The translations under genes were made by a program, and so were the position numbers. This document shows positions 9,918-17,076 of a stretch of DNA of 64,000 nucleotides, one piece after another (within the stretch, counting starts at the first letter, position 1; every line of letters starts with the position of its first letter). The notes under the pieces are model-generated. The model worked only from the letters and a program-made list of their open reading frames with translations. It had not been told where the DNA came from and did not search any database. This DNA is from Eubacteriaceae bacterium UBA6119 (lineage in GTDB: Bacteria > Bacillota > Clostridia > Eubacteriales > UBA1433). The DNA lies in assembly GCA_002423395.1 (NCBI GenBank), contig DIVZ01000007.1, positions 26,110-90,109 on the forward strand, written 5' to 3'.

Positions 9918-10031
9918 GATTTATAAATTTGATACGTAATAAAATTAATATTGCAATGGATAATATTTTCTAATGTATACACGATATAATAAGAACTCTG
10001 TCAGACAGTGTATAAATGAATGATATAATAA

Positions 10032-10292
10032 TTAAACCGGTTTTCCTTCGAGCAGTAATACTATATTATTCATCGCTTTGGTTTCATCTATTCCGTCAAT
10101 CTGAACTAAAACTTCGTCATTTTCTTTTACATTTAAAATCATAACCCCAATTATGCTTTTTGCGTTAACGGTAGCATTTTCTTTTTGAATATGAATATCA
10201 CTTTTGCATTTGCTGGCAAGTTCTACCAAAGCCGATGCTACTTTTCCGTGCAGGCCGCCTTCTACTTTAACGCATGTTTTTTGCTGTACCAT
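10032..10292 (-). CDS. HPr-family phosphocarrier-like protein (atypical active-site loop)
   Basis: 86 aa that aligns with HPr. His15 (GGLH) and Lys45-Ser46 (AKSIIGVM) are present, but the usual HARPA is HGKVA. Confidence 0.75.
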   Translation of the reverse strand: MVQQKTCVKVEGGLHGKVASALVELASKCKSDIHIQKENATVNAKSIIGVMILNVKENDEVLVQIDGIDETKAMNNIVLLLEGKPV

Positions 10293-10421
10293 ATATAGCC
10301 CTCTCTTTGTAATAGATTACAAGTCAATTATTATTATACACATAAAAAAATAAAATGTAAATTATATTTGATTTTTTTTTACATCTGTAATAATATATTT
10401 CTATTCGTCCGGAGGTAATAT

Positions 10422-10619
10422 ATGAAAATAAAAAAGGAAGATAATATTGTAAAAATAATACAAGAATATCCGATATGCAGAGAAGTGTTTATGCAGTTTG
10501 GTTTAGGCTGCATAGGATGTTTTGCGGCACATTATGAATCTTTGGAACAGGGCGCGCTTGCACACGGGATAGATGTTGACGCTTTGGTTACTGAATTAAA
10601 TAAAGCCGCAGGATTATAA
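10422..10619 (+). CDS. DUF1858 / hybrid-cluster-protein-associated redox disulfide domain protein
   Basis: 65 aa. The block EVFMQFGLGCIGCFAAHYESLEQGALAHGIDVDALVTELNK matches the CxxC-containing DUF1858 pattern. Confidence 0.75.
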   Translation: MKIKKEDNIVKIIQEYPICREVFMQFGLGCIGCFAAHYESLEQGALAHGIDVDALVTELNKAAGL

Positions 10620-10630
10620 AAAAATAAAAA

Positions 10631-10659
10631 AGGGACTGTTATTATCAGTCTCTTTTTTT
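10631..10659. terminator. bidirectional intrinsic terminator between convergent genes
   Basis: AGGGACTG / CAGTCTCT stem (one G:U pair) flanked by an A-run and a T-run. It sits between the stops at 10619 (+) and 10662 (-). Confidence 0.6.
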
Positions 10660-10661
10660 AT

Positions 10662-11309
10662 TTAAGCTTTTTTTGACTCTATAGATTCAATAATGTCTAA
10701 TATTTGATTTTTCTGAACATCATCGTCAACCTCAGAATCGCTTTGCTGACTTGTTTTAGCTGAGCTTGTGAAATTCATCATGTTTATTATTTCTGCAATA
10801 TTTTTAGCCTGGCTTAACTGAGACGAGTCAATAAACGGAGAAAGCACTTCAAACAACATTCCGGCTTTATCTTTAAGACTTTGAGCCGATGAGATTTCTC
10901 CTGAAATATTATTTAGCCTTGAAACACCTTTTGTAGCTCTGCCTACATTGGAGACAACCGAATTGACTTTAGCATATCTGCCTCTTTCGGTATCGTCCAT
11001 GTACGGTTCCAGTCCGTATAGCAAATCTACAAAAGTATTTGCATCAAGGCTGTTTGCGCCTTCTCCGAGTTTAATATTTCTTATTGAGCCGACCGCATTC
11101 TTGATTTTATACGACTGAGTGAGTATTTGTTTTGCGTTATCTATGGTGATGTTATTGTATACGGGCTGGAGCAGTTTATGCGGAGTATCTGCATCTGTAT
11201 AGCCCAAGCGCTCGGCAACATCATCCGAAAATTTTATATAATCATGTGAAGAATTGTTATTTATGTAATAAAGACCGAGCAGTAAAAGCACTATCTGCGC
11301 ATTTATCAT
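10662..11309 (-). CDS. hypothetical protein with N-terminal hydrophobic anchor
   Basis: 215-aa ORF with GGAGG 6 nt before the ATG. N-terminal MINAQIVLLLLGLYYI and an acidic C-terminus. No family recognised. Confidence 0.6.
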   Translation of the reverse strand: MINAQIVLLLLGLYYINNNSSHDYIKFSDDVAERLGYTDADTPHKLLQPVYNNITIDNAKQILTQSYKIKNAVGSIRNIKLGEGANSLDANTFVDLLYGLEPYMDDTERGRYAKVNSVVSNVGRATKGVSRLNNISGEISSAQSLKDKAGMLFEVLSPFIDSSQLSQAKNIAEIINMMNFTSSAKTSQQSDSEVDDDVQKNQILDIIESIESKKA

Positions 11310-11382
11310 TTAAACCTCCGGAATACGGAGCTGTACTTATAAATAAATATTCTTAAATGTTTTTAAATACAGCCCCGGTCTA

Positions 11383-11622
11383 TTAAAAAATGTCACCCGA
11401 CAAAAGCAGTACGACTATTATTATTAAAATTATGTTATTATCTTTAAATATTGATCCGAATCCGCCGAATAGCCCGCCGCCGAATAAGCCGCCTTTATGT
11501 TTTCCGCATCCGTCATCACAGCAATCGTCATCTGAATTGCTTAACAGCAACACGACTACCAAAATTATTAAAATCCATGAGTTATCATCTTTGCAGAAGC
11601 CCCCGAATATGTTATTTAACAT
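11383..11622 (-). CDS. small Cys/Asp/Gly-rich protein with two short hydrophobic modules (paralog family, copy C)
   Basis: 79 aa with AGGAGG before the ATG. Two internal repeats (FGGFCKDDNSWILIILVVVLLLSN and FGGFGSIFKDNNIILIIIVVLLLSG) are joined by SDDDCCDDGCGKHKGGLFGGGLFG. It shares its module design with the two sORFs upstream. Confidence 0.65.
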   Translation of the reverse strand: MLNNIFGGFCKDDNSWILIILVVVLLLSNSDDDCCDDGCGKHKGGLFGGGLFGGFGSIFKDNNIILIIIVVLLLSGDIF

Positions 11623-11644
11623 ATAACCTCCTAAAATTTTTATT

Positions 11645-11680
11645 AACGGATACGGTTAAAAACCGCATCCGTTTTGACTG
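11645..11680. terminator. stable intergenic hairpin between small-protein genes (terminator or attenuator; orientation ambiguous)
   Basis: 11-bp arms AACGGATACGG / CCGCATCCGTT with a 7-nt loop. There is one G:U pair in the minus-strand RNA, which becomes an A.C mismatch in the plus-strand RNA. An immediate T-run follows only on the plus strand. Confidence 0.4.
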
Positions 11681-11683
11681 TTT

Positions 11684-11839
11684 TTAATTGCACATTAGTA
11701 TTATTAAAAGCAAGAAGAAGAACAACAATATGTCATCATTATCATTGCCTATAAACCCTATATTGTCAAACAATACGACAAGCAGTAAGAAAAACATCAA
11801 TAGAGTTTCGCAGTCACAATCTTTAAAAAAACTTCCCAT
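11684..11839 (-). CDS. small Cys/Asp-rich protein with two short hydrophobic modules (paralog family, copy B; not in ORF track)
   Basis: Own translation: MGSFFKDCDCETLLMFFLLLVVLFDNIGFIGNDNDDILLFFFLLLIILMCN (51 aa), with GGAGGGTAAT directly before the ATG. Differences from copy A across codons 6-29 are all synonymous. Confidence 0.7.
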   Translation of the reverse strand: MGSFFKDCDCETLLMFFLLLVVLFDNIGFIGNDNDDILLFFFLLLIILMCN

Positions 11840-11882
11840 ATTACCCTCCGTTTTAATTTTAAGACAAATATTTTATACTACA

Positions 11883-12053
11883 TTAGCAGCGTTTGTTGTC
11901 TCCAGTGAAGAGTATAATTAAAAGCAAGAAGAAGAACAGAAGTATGCTGTCATCATCATTGCCGCAGAAACCTATGTTATCAAACAGTACTACTAAAAGT
12001 AAGAAAAACATTAATAAGGTTTCGCAATCGCAGTCTTTAAATATACATCCCAT
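11883..12053 (-). CDS. small Cys/Asp-rich protein with two short hydrophobic modules (paralog family, copy A; not in ORF track)
   Basis: Own translation: MGCIFKDCDCETLLMFFLLLVVLFDNIGFCGNDDDSILLFFFLLLIILFTGDNKRC (56 aa), with GGAGGGTAAT directly before the ATG. 14 of 24 codons in the conserved core differ from copy B, and all differences are synonymous. Confidence 0.7.
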   Translation of the reverse strand: MGCIFKDCDCETLLMFFLLLVVLFDNIGFCGNDDDSILLFFFLLLIILFTGDNKRC

Positions 12054-12125
12054 ATTACCCTCCGTGTTATTTTACGACTATTTTTGAAGTATTTTCATAA
12101 ATTGCCATAATTATTATCACAGACC

Positions 12126-12160
12126 AAGCAGAAGAAACATATATTTCTCACTGCTTTTCT
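12126..12160 (+). terminator. terminator-like hairpin upstream of sORF copy A, oriented for the plus strand (function uncertain)
   Basis: AAGCAG-A-AGAAA / TTTCT-CA-CTGCTT, a two-segment stem with a 6-nt loop, followed by TTTTCTG on the plus strand. No plus-strand gene lies upstream. It may instead be a 5' UTR stem-loop of the minus-strand sORF mRNA. Confidence 0.3.
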
Positions 12161-12295
12161 GTCTATAACATAATACGTAAGATAAAGTTAATTGTTCATA
12201 TATTTAGCTCTAGCAAAAAAATATAATTCTGCCTGCTTTAATACACTAAAATAATTAAAAAGCATATAGTGTTAAATAGAGAGGCAGGTGGTTTT

Positions 12296-12589
12296 ATGGA
12301 TAAAGAACTCGATAAAGCATTAGATATTGTAAACAAGATTAAAGGCAGCGGGAAAAATATAGATCCCCAAAAAGTAATGCAGGATAAAAAGCTTATGGAT
12401 CAAATTAAAGAACTTGACAAAAAATACGGCAATGAATTAAAGAAAATTGAAGAAATGAAAAAAGATATGACAGCCGAAGAAAAGGCTGAGCTGATCATGA
12501 AACTAAAACAAAGCATGAACAAAGAACAAAAGACAAAGTTTAATAAAATAATCGAATCTTTGGATTCATACGTTAAAAAAAATAAATAG
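12296..12589 (+). CDS. hypothetical K/E-rich coiled-coil protein
   Basis: I place the start at ATG 12296 (MDKELDKALD..., 97 aa) after GAGAGGCAGGTGG. The track ORF starts at an upstream GTG. No family recognised. Confidence 0.55.
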   Translation: MDKELDKALDIVNKIKGSGKNIDPQKVMQDKKLMDQIKELDKKYGNELKKIEEMKKDMTAEEKAELIMKLKQSMNKEQKTKFNKIIESLDSYVKKNK

Positions 12590-12598
12590 GAGAGATAT

Positions 12599-12811
12599 AT
12601 GTCAATTTTTGGTTCGTTATTAAAGTCAAACAACGAAGAGCATAAGAAAAAAAGAGCTGAAAAGATAGCAAGAATAAAAAAAAGAAACGAACAAAAAAGA
12701 GAATACAGAAAGCAAAGACAAAAGAGAAAATCACAGAGACATAAGCTGAAAAAAAATATAGCGGTTAAAGACAATGTAAACGCCGGTGATATTAATATTG
12801 AAAATAATTAA
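12599..12811 (+). CDS. hypothetical highly basic small protein
   Basis: 70 aa, of which 23 are K/R, concentrated in residues 16-52. An AGGAGAG RBS overlaps the stop of the preceding gene, which suggests translational coupling. Confidence 0.5.
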   Translation: MSIFGSLLKSNNEEHKKKRAEKIARIKKRNEQKREYRKQRQKRKSQRHKLKKNIAVKDNVNAGDINIENN

Positions 12812-12862
12812 AACAAAATAAATAAACCAACGGTACCTCTAAATAATATTTTGGGATATGAA

Positions 12863-14023
12863 ATGAATAAAAGAATTGATAAAAGAGTTTTGGATCTTAT
12901 GAAAAATAAGAGCGGAATAAACAGCATATCACTTATTTTATATACAGATAATGATGACCATGATAAAATGGCAGAAATTTTATCAGAATACAATTGCTCG
13001 GTTAAATATAAATTAAAAGGCATTAATGCTATTGTGGCAGACGTGCCGGCTGCGAATGTAGGCAAGGTAGCGCATCTTAAAGATATAAAATATGTGGCGC
13101 ATGACACAAAAGTTGACACTTGCTTAAATGTTGCGAGAGCTTCTATAGGAGCGGATTATGCACATAGTCTGGGATATGACGGAAGAGGCGTTTGCATTGC
13201 TGTTTTGGATACGGGACTGTACCCTCATAACGATATAATATCCAGAAAAACCGGCTCGGTTAAAGCCTTTATTGACTTTATCGGAGGAAAAAGCAGAATG
13301 TACGATGATAACGGTCACGGAACGCATGTGTGCGGCATTATAGCCTCAAACGGCGCAAGCTCCAACGGAAAATATAAAGGCATAGCTCCGGCTGCGGATT
13401 TGGTTGTTGTTAAAATTATGGATAAGGAAGGCGCGGGGCAGATATCAGACATTGCAGCCGGTATAGAATGGATTATAGAAAACAAAAATCAATATAATAT
13501 TAAGATAGCGTCATTATCACTGGGTATAGATGAAAGAGCAGGCAAAAACGATGCGCTTTTAAAAGAAGCGGAAAGGCTATGGGATAACGGGATAGCGGTA
13601 TTTGTCGCTGCAGGCAATGGCGGCCCGGGTAAAAAAACAATAAACATTCCGGGAATATCGCCCAAACTCATTACCGTAGGATGCGTTGACGATGTTCGTA
13701 CAGTTGATCAGCACGATGACTATGTTGCGGATTTTTCTTCAAGGGGACCGGCAAGCAGAGCGACAAAACCGGATATTGTAGCGCCCGGCGTTGACATAAT
13801 GTCACTTTATAACAATCAAAGGCAGTATACTAAAATGAGCGGCACTTCAATGTCTACTCCGATGGCGGCGGCAATTGGGGCGTTAATGCTTCAGAAAAAA
13901 CCGGATTTAACGCCGCAGCAGATAAAAGATATTTTGATGGGCAATACTTTTCCGCTTAATGAGGATAGAAACTCTCAGGGCAGGGGAGAGCTGGATATGG
14001 TGCGGATATTAAAAGTAATTTAA
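12863..14023 (+). CDS. S8 (subtilisin-family) serine peptidase with N-terminal I9-like propeptide and no signal peptide
   Basis: Catalytic triad motifs AVLDTGL (Asp), HGTHVCG (His) and GTSMSTPMAA (Ser), plus an AAGNGGPG oxyanion region. The N-terminus MNKRIDKRVLD is hydrophilic. The start is uncertain: ATG 12863 or TTG 12851. Confidence 0.85.
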   Translation: MNKRIDKRVLDLMKNKSGINSISLILYTDNDDHDKMAEILSEYNCSVKYKLKGINAIVADVPAANVGKVAHLKDIKYVAHDTKVDTCLNVARASIGADYAHSLGYDGRGVCIAVLDTGLYPHNDIISRKTGSVKAFIDFIGGKSRMYDDNGHGTHVCGIIASNGASSNGKYKGIAPAADLVVVKIMDKEGAGQISDIAAGIEWIIENKNQYNIKIASLSLGIDERAGKNDALLKEAERLWDNGIAVFVAAGNGGPGKKTINIPGISPKLITVGCVDDVRTVDQHDDYVADFSSRGPASRATKPDIVAPGVDIMSLYNNQRQYTKMSGTSMSTPMAAAIGALMLQKKPDLTPQQIKDILMGNTFPLNEDRNSQGRGELDMVRILKVI

Positions 14024-14061
14024 AAAAGTATAATATCAGATTTATTTAATATATATTTTAT

Positions 14062-14610
14062 ATGAATAATATAAAAAAACTTAAAAAAAACCTATTATTT
14101 ATATTTATAATATTATTTTTGATTTTAGCATTATCGTATTTTATGCTTTTATGCAAGATAAGTTTAATCGGAACGGCCGAAAATTTTTCCGCGGCTTTCA
14201 ATGCGCAGCAGGAGCAGCTTAAAGAAAAATACGGTCATTCCGATTATGAACAAACTTTTAACAATATTCAAATAGGCGTGGAGAAGATAACAACCGAACT
14301 GTATTTTATTACATATTCATGGATGAGCGGTAACTTGACATATAACGCTATTACTCTTAATGTTGAGAATACCGATAAAAAAAATCTCGGTTTTGAAAAC
14401 TATGAAAGCAGCTACGCTGTGGATAATTTGGGGAATAAATATTATCCTATGTATTATAATGAAAGCCCTTATCCGCCGGATGATCCGCTGGGCTATAAAA
14501 ATGTGCTTTTTATAAAATTCTGGCCGTTTGATTCAAAAGCAAGCACAGTTACACTGCACTTAAAATATGCGGGAGCCGAATATGTGTTTACTGATATGCC
14601 GATAAGATAG
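14062..14610 (+). CDS. hypothetical membrane-anchored protein
   Basis: 182-aa ORF with an N-terminal TM helix (LLFIFIILFLILALSYFMLLC). No family recognised and no obvious SD. Confidence 0.45.
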   Translation: MNNIKKLKKNLLFIFIILFLILALSYFMLLCKISLIGTAENFSAAFNAQQEQLKEKYGHSDYEQTFNNIQIGVEKITTELYFITYSWMSGNLTYNAITLNVENTDKKNLGFENYESSYAVDNLGNKYYPMYYNESPYPPDDPLGYKNVLFIKFWPFDSKASTVTLHLKYAGAEYVFTDMPIR

Positions 14611-14677
14611 CGGCATATTTTTTATTGCTTTGAGCTTTATAGGGTTATAATTTATTTTTTTATGTTATAATAATCCA

Positions 14678-15634
14678 ATGAATGATTTGAAGGAATTTAT
14701 TAAAATCGCGTCAGATGAGGAAGGCATAGATTTAATCGGTTTTGCAAAAGCTCGGAATTTTACAGAGTTCGAAAAATTCTATAATAAAAAAATTGAAAAT
14801 GACTATTTGCCCGATGTAGGCAGTATCAGAGATGTTAAAAAAAGGCTGAATGTTTTTGACGTTATGCCGCAGGCGAAAACCATAATAGCAGTCGGCGTTT
14901 CTTATAATAAAAAAATAGACAAGCATAAAAATGAAGCTATAAAAGGCATAATATCGCATCATGTTTTTAAAACGGACTATCACGACATTATGCATGAAAA
15001 GATGCACAACCTTATTGAAAAAATAAAAGAAAAAGCCGGCAATAATTACAAATTTCAATGTTACTGCGACAGCGGAGTACTTGACGACAGAATAGCGGCA
15101 TATCTTGCAGGAATAGGGTTTTTTGGGAAAAATAATTTTATTATAAACGAAAAATACGGAAGCTATATTTTTTTAGGGCATATTCTTACAGATATTAATA
15201 TTAGACCCGATACGTCTGCCCAAAATTTATGCGGAGATTGCCGCGAATGCATAGACATCTGTCCGAGCGGGGCGCTTATGGACAGCTATTGCTTAAACTC
15301 TAAAAAGTGCATATCGAACCTGACTCAAAAGAAAACTTTAAGCGATGATGAACAACAGGCAATGGACAGGCACATTTACGGGTGCAATATTTGTCAGCAG
15401 GTATGTAGGTTCAATATAGACGCGCCTGTTCGCAGCAGTCAAAGCTTCAGCGCCGATATTGAGGATATATATGTAGATTGTGATGACATTATAAACATGG
15501 GCAAGGATAGATTTAAAGAGAAATACGAAAAAACCGCGATGTATTGGCGCGGCTATGACATAATTAAACGAAACGCGGAAGCGGTTAAACAAAATATATT
15601 AAGAAACAATTACGGAGGAAATTATGAGGGTTAG
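14678..15634 (+). CDS. queG: epoxyqueuosine reductase QueG (tRNA queuosine biosynthesis)
   Basis: 318 aa with a QueG-like N-terminus (IDLIGFAKA) and ferredoxin-type clusters (CGDCRECIDICPSGA and CNICQQVC). Confidence 0.75.
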   Translation: MNDLKEFIKIASDEEGIDLIGFAKARNFTEFEKFYNKKIENDYLPDVGSIRDVKKRLNVFDVMPQAKTIIAVGVSYNKKIDKHKNEAIKGIISHHVFKTDYHDIMHEKMHNLIEKIKEKAGNNYKFQCYCDSGVLDDRIAAYLAGIGFFGKNNFIINEKYGSYIFLGHILTDINIRPDTSAQNLCGDCRECIDICPSGALMDSYCLNSKKCISNLTQKKTLSDDEQQAMDRHIYGCNICQQVCRFNIDAPVRSSQSFSADIEDIYVDCDDIINMGKDRFKEKYEKTAMYWRGYDIIKRNAEAVKQNILRNNYGGNYEG

Positions 15635-17057
15635 GTTTGCGCCTTCGCCTACAGGATACTTGCATGTAGGAGGATACAGAACGGCATTATACAATTATCT
15701 TCTTGCAAGAAAATACGGCGGGAAGATGATACTGAGAATAGAGGATACTGACAGAACAAGGCTTGTTGATGACGCTATAGAAAATCTTATAGGCGCTCTT
15801 GACTGGTGCGGCATTGAGTATGATGAGGGAGTATATATAGACAGTGAAGACAACATATCTCAGAAAGGCGGGTACGGACCGTATATACAATCGCAAAGGC
15901 TTGATATATATAAAGAATACGCGTATAAGCTGATAGAACAGAAAGACGCTTATTATTGTTTCTGTTCAAAAGAGAGACTTGATAATCTGCGCCAGGAGCA
16001 GGCAGAAAAAAAAGAAACACCGAAATATGACAAAAAATGTCTGCAGCTTACAGAAAAGGAAATAAGCGAAAAATTATCCGCGGGGGAAGAATATGTAATA
16101 AGACTTAATCTTCCGCCGGATACGCCTATTGAATTTGACGATGAAGTATTCGGTCATATAAGTTTTAATACAAACGATATAGACGATCAGGTTCTTATAA
16201 AATCGGACGGATACCCCACTTATCATTTTGCCGTTGTAATTGACGACTATTTAATGAAGATAACTCATGTGATAAGAGGGGAAGAATGGATATCCTCAAC
16301 TCCGAAACATATTTATCTTTATAAAGTGTTAGGCCTGAAAGCTCCGAAATTTGTTCATCTTCCCACTGTCTTAAATACAAACAGAAAGAAATTATCAAAA
16401 CGCAACGATGACGCGGCAGTTGAAGATTTCAAAGCAAAAGGATACCTTCCGCAGGCTCTTACAAATTTTGTCGCGCTGCTTGGATGGAGCAGCAATGAGC
16501 AGGATGAAATTATGAGTATGGACAGTCTTATTGAGAATTTTGATTTAAGCAGGATAAGCAAGTCGGGCGCAATATTTGATGTTGATAAACTAAACTGGAT
16601 GAACGCCAGTTATATAAAAGAATATGACAATTACTCTCTTGCTAAGATTTGCATGCCGTTTTTAAAAACGCAGTGCAGTTATGAAAAACTTGCATTGATA
16701 ATAGATGCAGTTAAAGACAAAATGGTGCTTCTCTCTGATATAAATAACTTATCGGAACCTATATTTTTTAAAGAAAAATTAAGTGATGAGAGTATAAGTC
16801 TGCTTTCGGCAGAAAAGAGTATGATTGTTCTTAATCAGTTAAAAGAAAGCATAGTAAATGCTGAAGATTTAAGCAGTCAGAGCTTGCAGGCAATAATTAA
16901 AAGCATTCAAACCAATTGCGGCATTAAAGGAAAAGACTTGTATATGCCGATAAGACTTGCCGCCACAGGCCATGAACACGGTGCGGATTTAGCAAAAATT
17001 ATGGCGGCTATAGGCAAGGAAGAATTGATAAAAAGAATAGATGAACATATAAATTAA
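15624..17057 (+). CDS. gltX: glutamate--tRNA ligase
   Basis: 477 aa with RVRFAPSPTGYLHVGG (HIGH-type motif) and KLSKR (KMSKS motif). Overlaps the queG 3' end by 11 nt. Confidence 0.95.
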   Translation: MRVRFAPSPTGYLHVGGYRTALYNYLLARKYGGKMILRIEDTDRTRLVDDAIENLIGALDWCGIEYDEGVYIDSEDNISQKGGYGPYIQSQRLDIYKEYAYKLIEQKDAYYCFCSKERLDNLRQEQAEKKETPKYDKKCLQLTEKEISEKLSAGEEYVIRLNLPPDTPIEFDDEVFGHISFNTNDIDDQVLIKSDGYPTYHFAVVIDDYLMKITHVIRGEEWISSTPKHIYLYKVLGLKAPKFVHLPTVLNTNRKKLSKRNDDAAVEDFKAKGYLPQALTNFVALLGWSSNEQDEIMSMDSLIENFDLSRISKSGAIFDVDKLNWMNASYIKEYDNYSLAKICMPFLKTQCSYEKLALIIDAVKDKMVLLSDINNLSEPIFFKEKLSDESISLLSAEKSMIVLNQLKESIVNAEDLSSQSLQAIIKSIQTNCGIKGKDLYMPIRLAATGHEHGADLAKIMAAIGKEELIKRIDEHIN

Positions 17058-17076
17058 GAGTGTTTGAGGCATTGCT

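Larger units (their letters stand above)
11684..12075. repeat. tandem duplication (two units of about 190-200 bp, roughly 80 percent identical by eye), each carrying one sORF plus its RBS
   Basis: Aligned by eye: TTAAAAGCAAGAAGAAGAACA...CCCATATTACCCTCCGT occurs at 11703-11851 and again at 11918-12065. Confidence 0.8.

Noticed and set aside
11390-11687. Two overlapping plus-strand 78-aa ORFs (P/S-rich and R-rich).
   Set aside because: They are antisense shadows of the 79-aa minus-strand gene, which has a strong RBS and shares its module design with the neighbouring sORFs.
11688-12087. Plus-strand ORFs of 77 and 64 aa (S/K/N-rich, paralogous to each other) listed in the ORF track.
   Set aside because: They are the reverse-strand shadow of the duplicated minus-strand sORFs. 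Both would need TTG starts with no Shine-Dalgarno, whereas the minus-strand frames have ATG preceded by GGAGGG. The copy-to-copy differences are all synonymous in the minus frame but change residues in the plus frame.
12400-12774. 124-aa minus-strand F/L/S-rich ORF.
   Set aside because: It is antisense to the two K-rich plus-strand genes, spans their intergenic junction, and has low-complexity mirror composition with no RBS.
10662-14023. Idea that the Cys-rich small peptides plus the S8 protease form a lanthipeptide/RiPP cluster (precursors plus a LanP-like protease).
   Set aside because: No modification enzyme (LanB/C/M, radical SAM, YcaO), no ABC exporter and no immunity gene in the block. 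The protease is divergently transcribed and lacks a signal peptide. The peptides are dominated by hydrophobic runs rather than leader/core organisation.
14678-15634. QueG looks short (318 aa), and its 3' end overlaps gltX by 11 nt. Possible truncation or pseudogene.
   Set aside because: The N-terminal domain and both Fe-S cluster motifs are intact and the ORF ends at a natural stop. Short overlaps are common in compact operons. I cannot judge length variation without an alignment.
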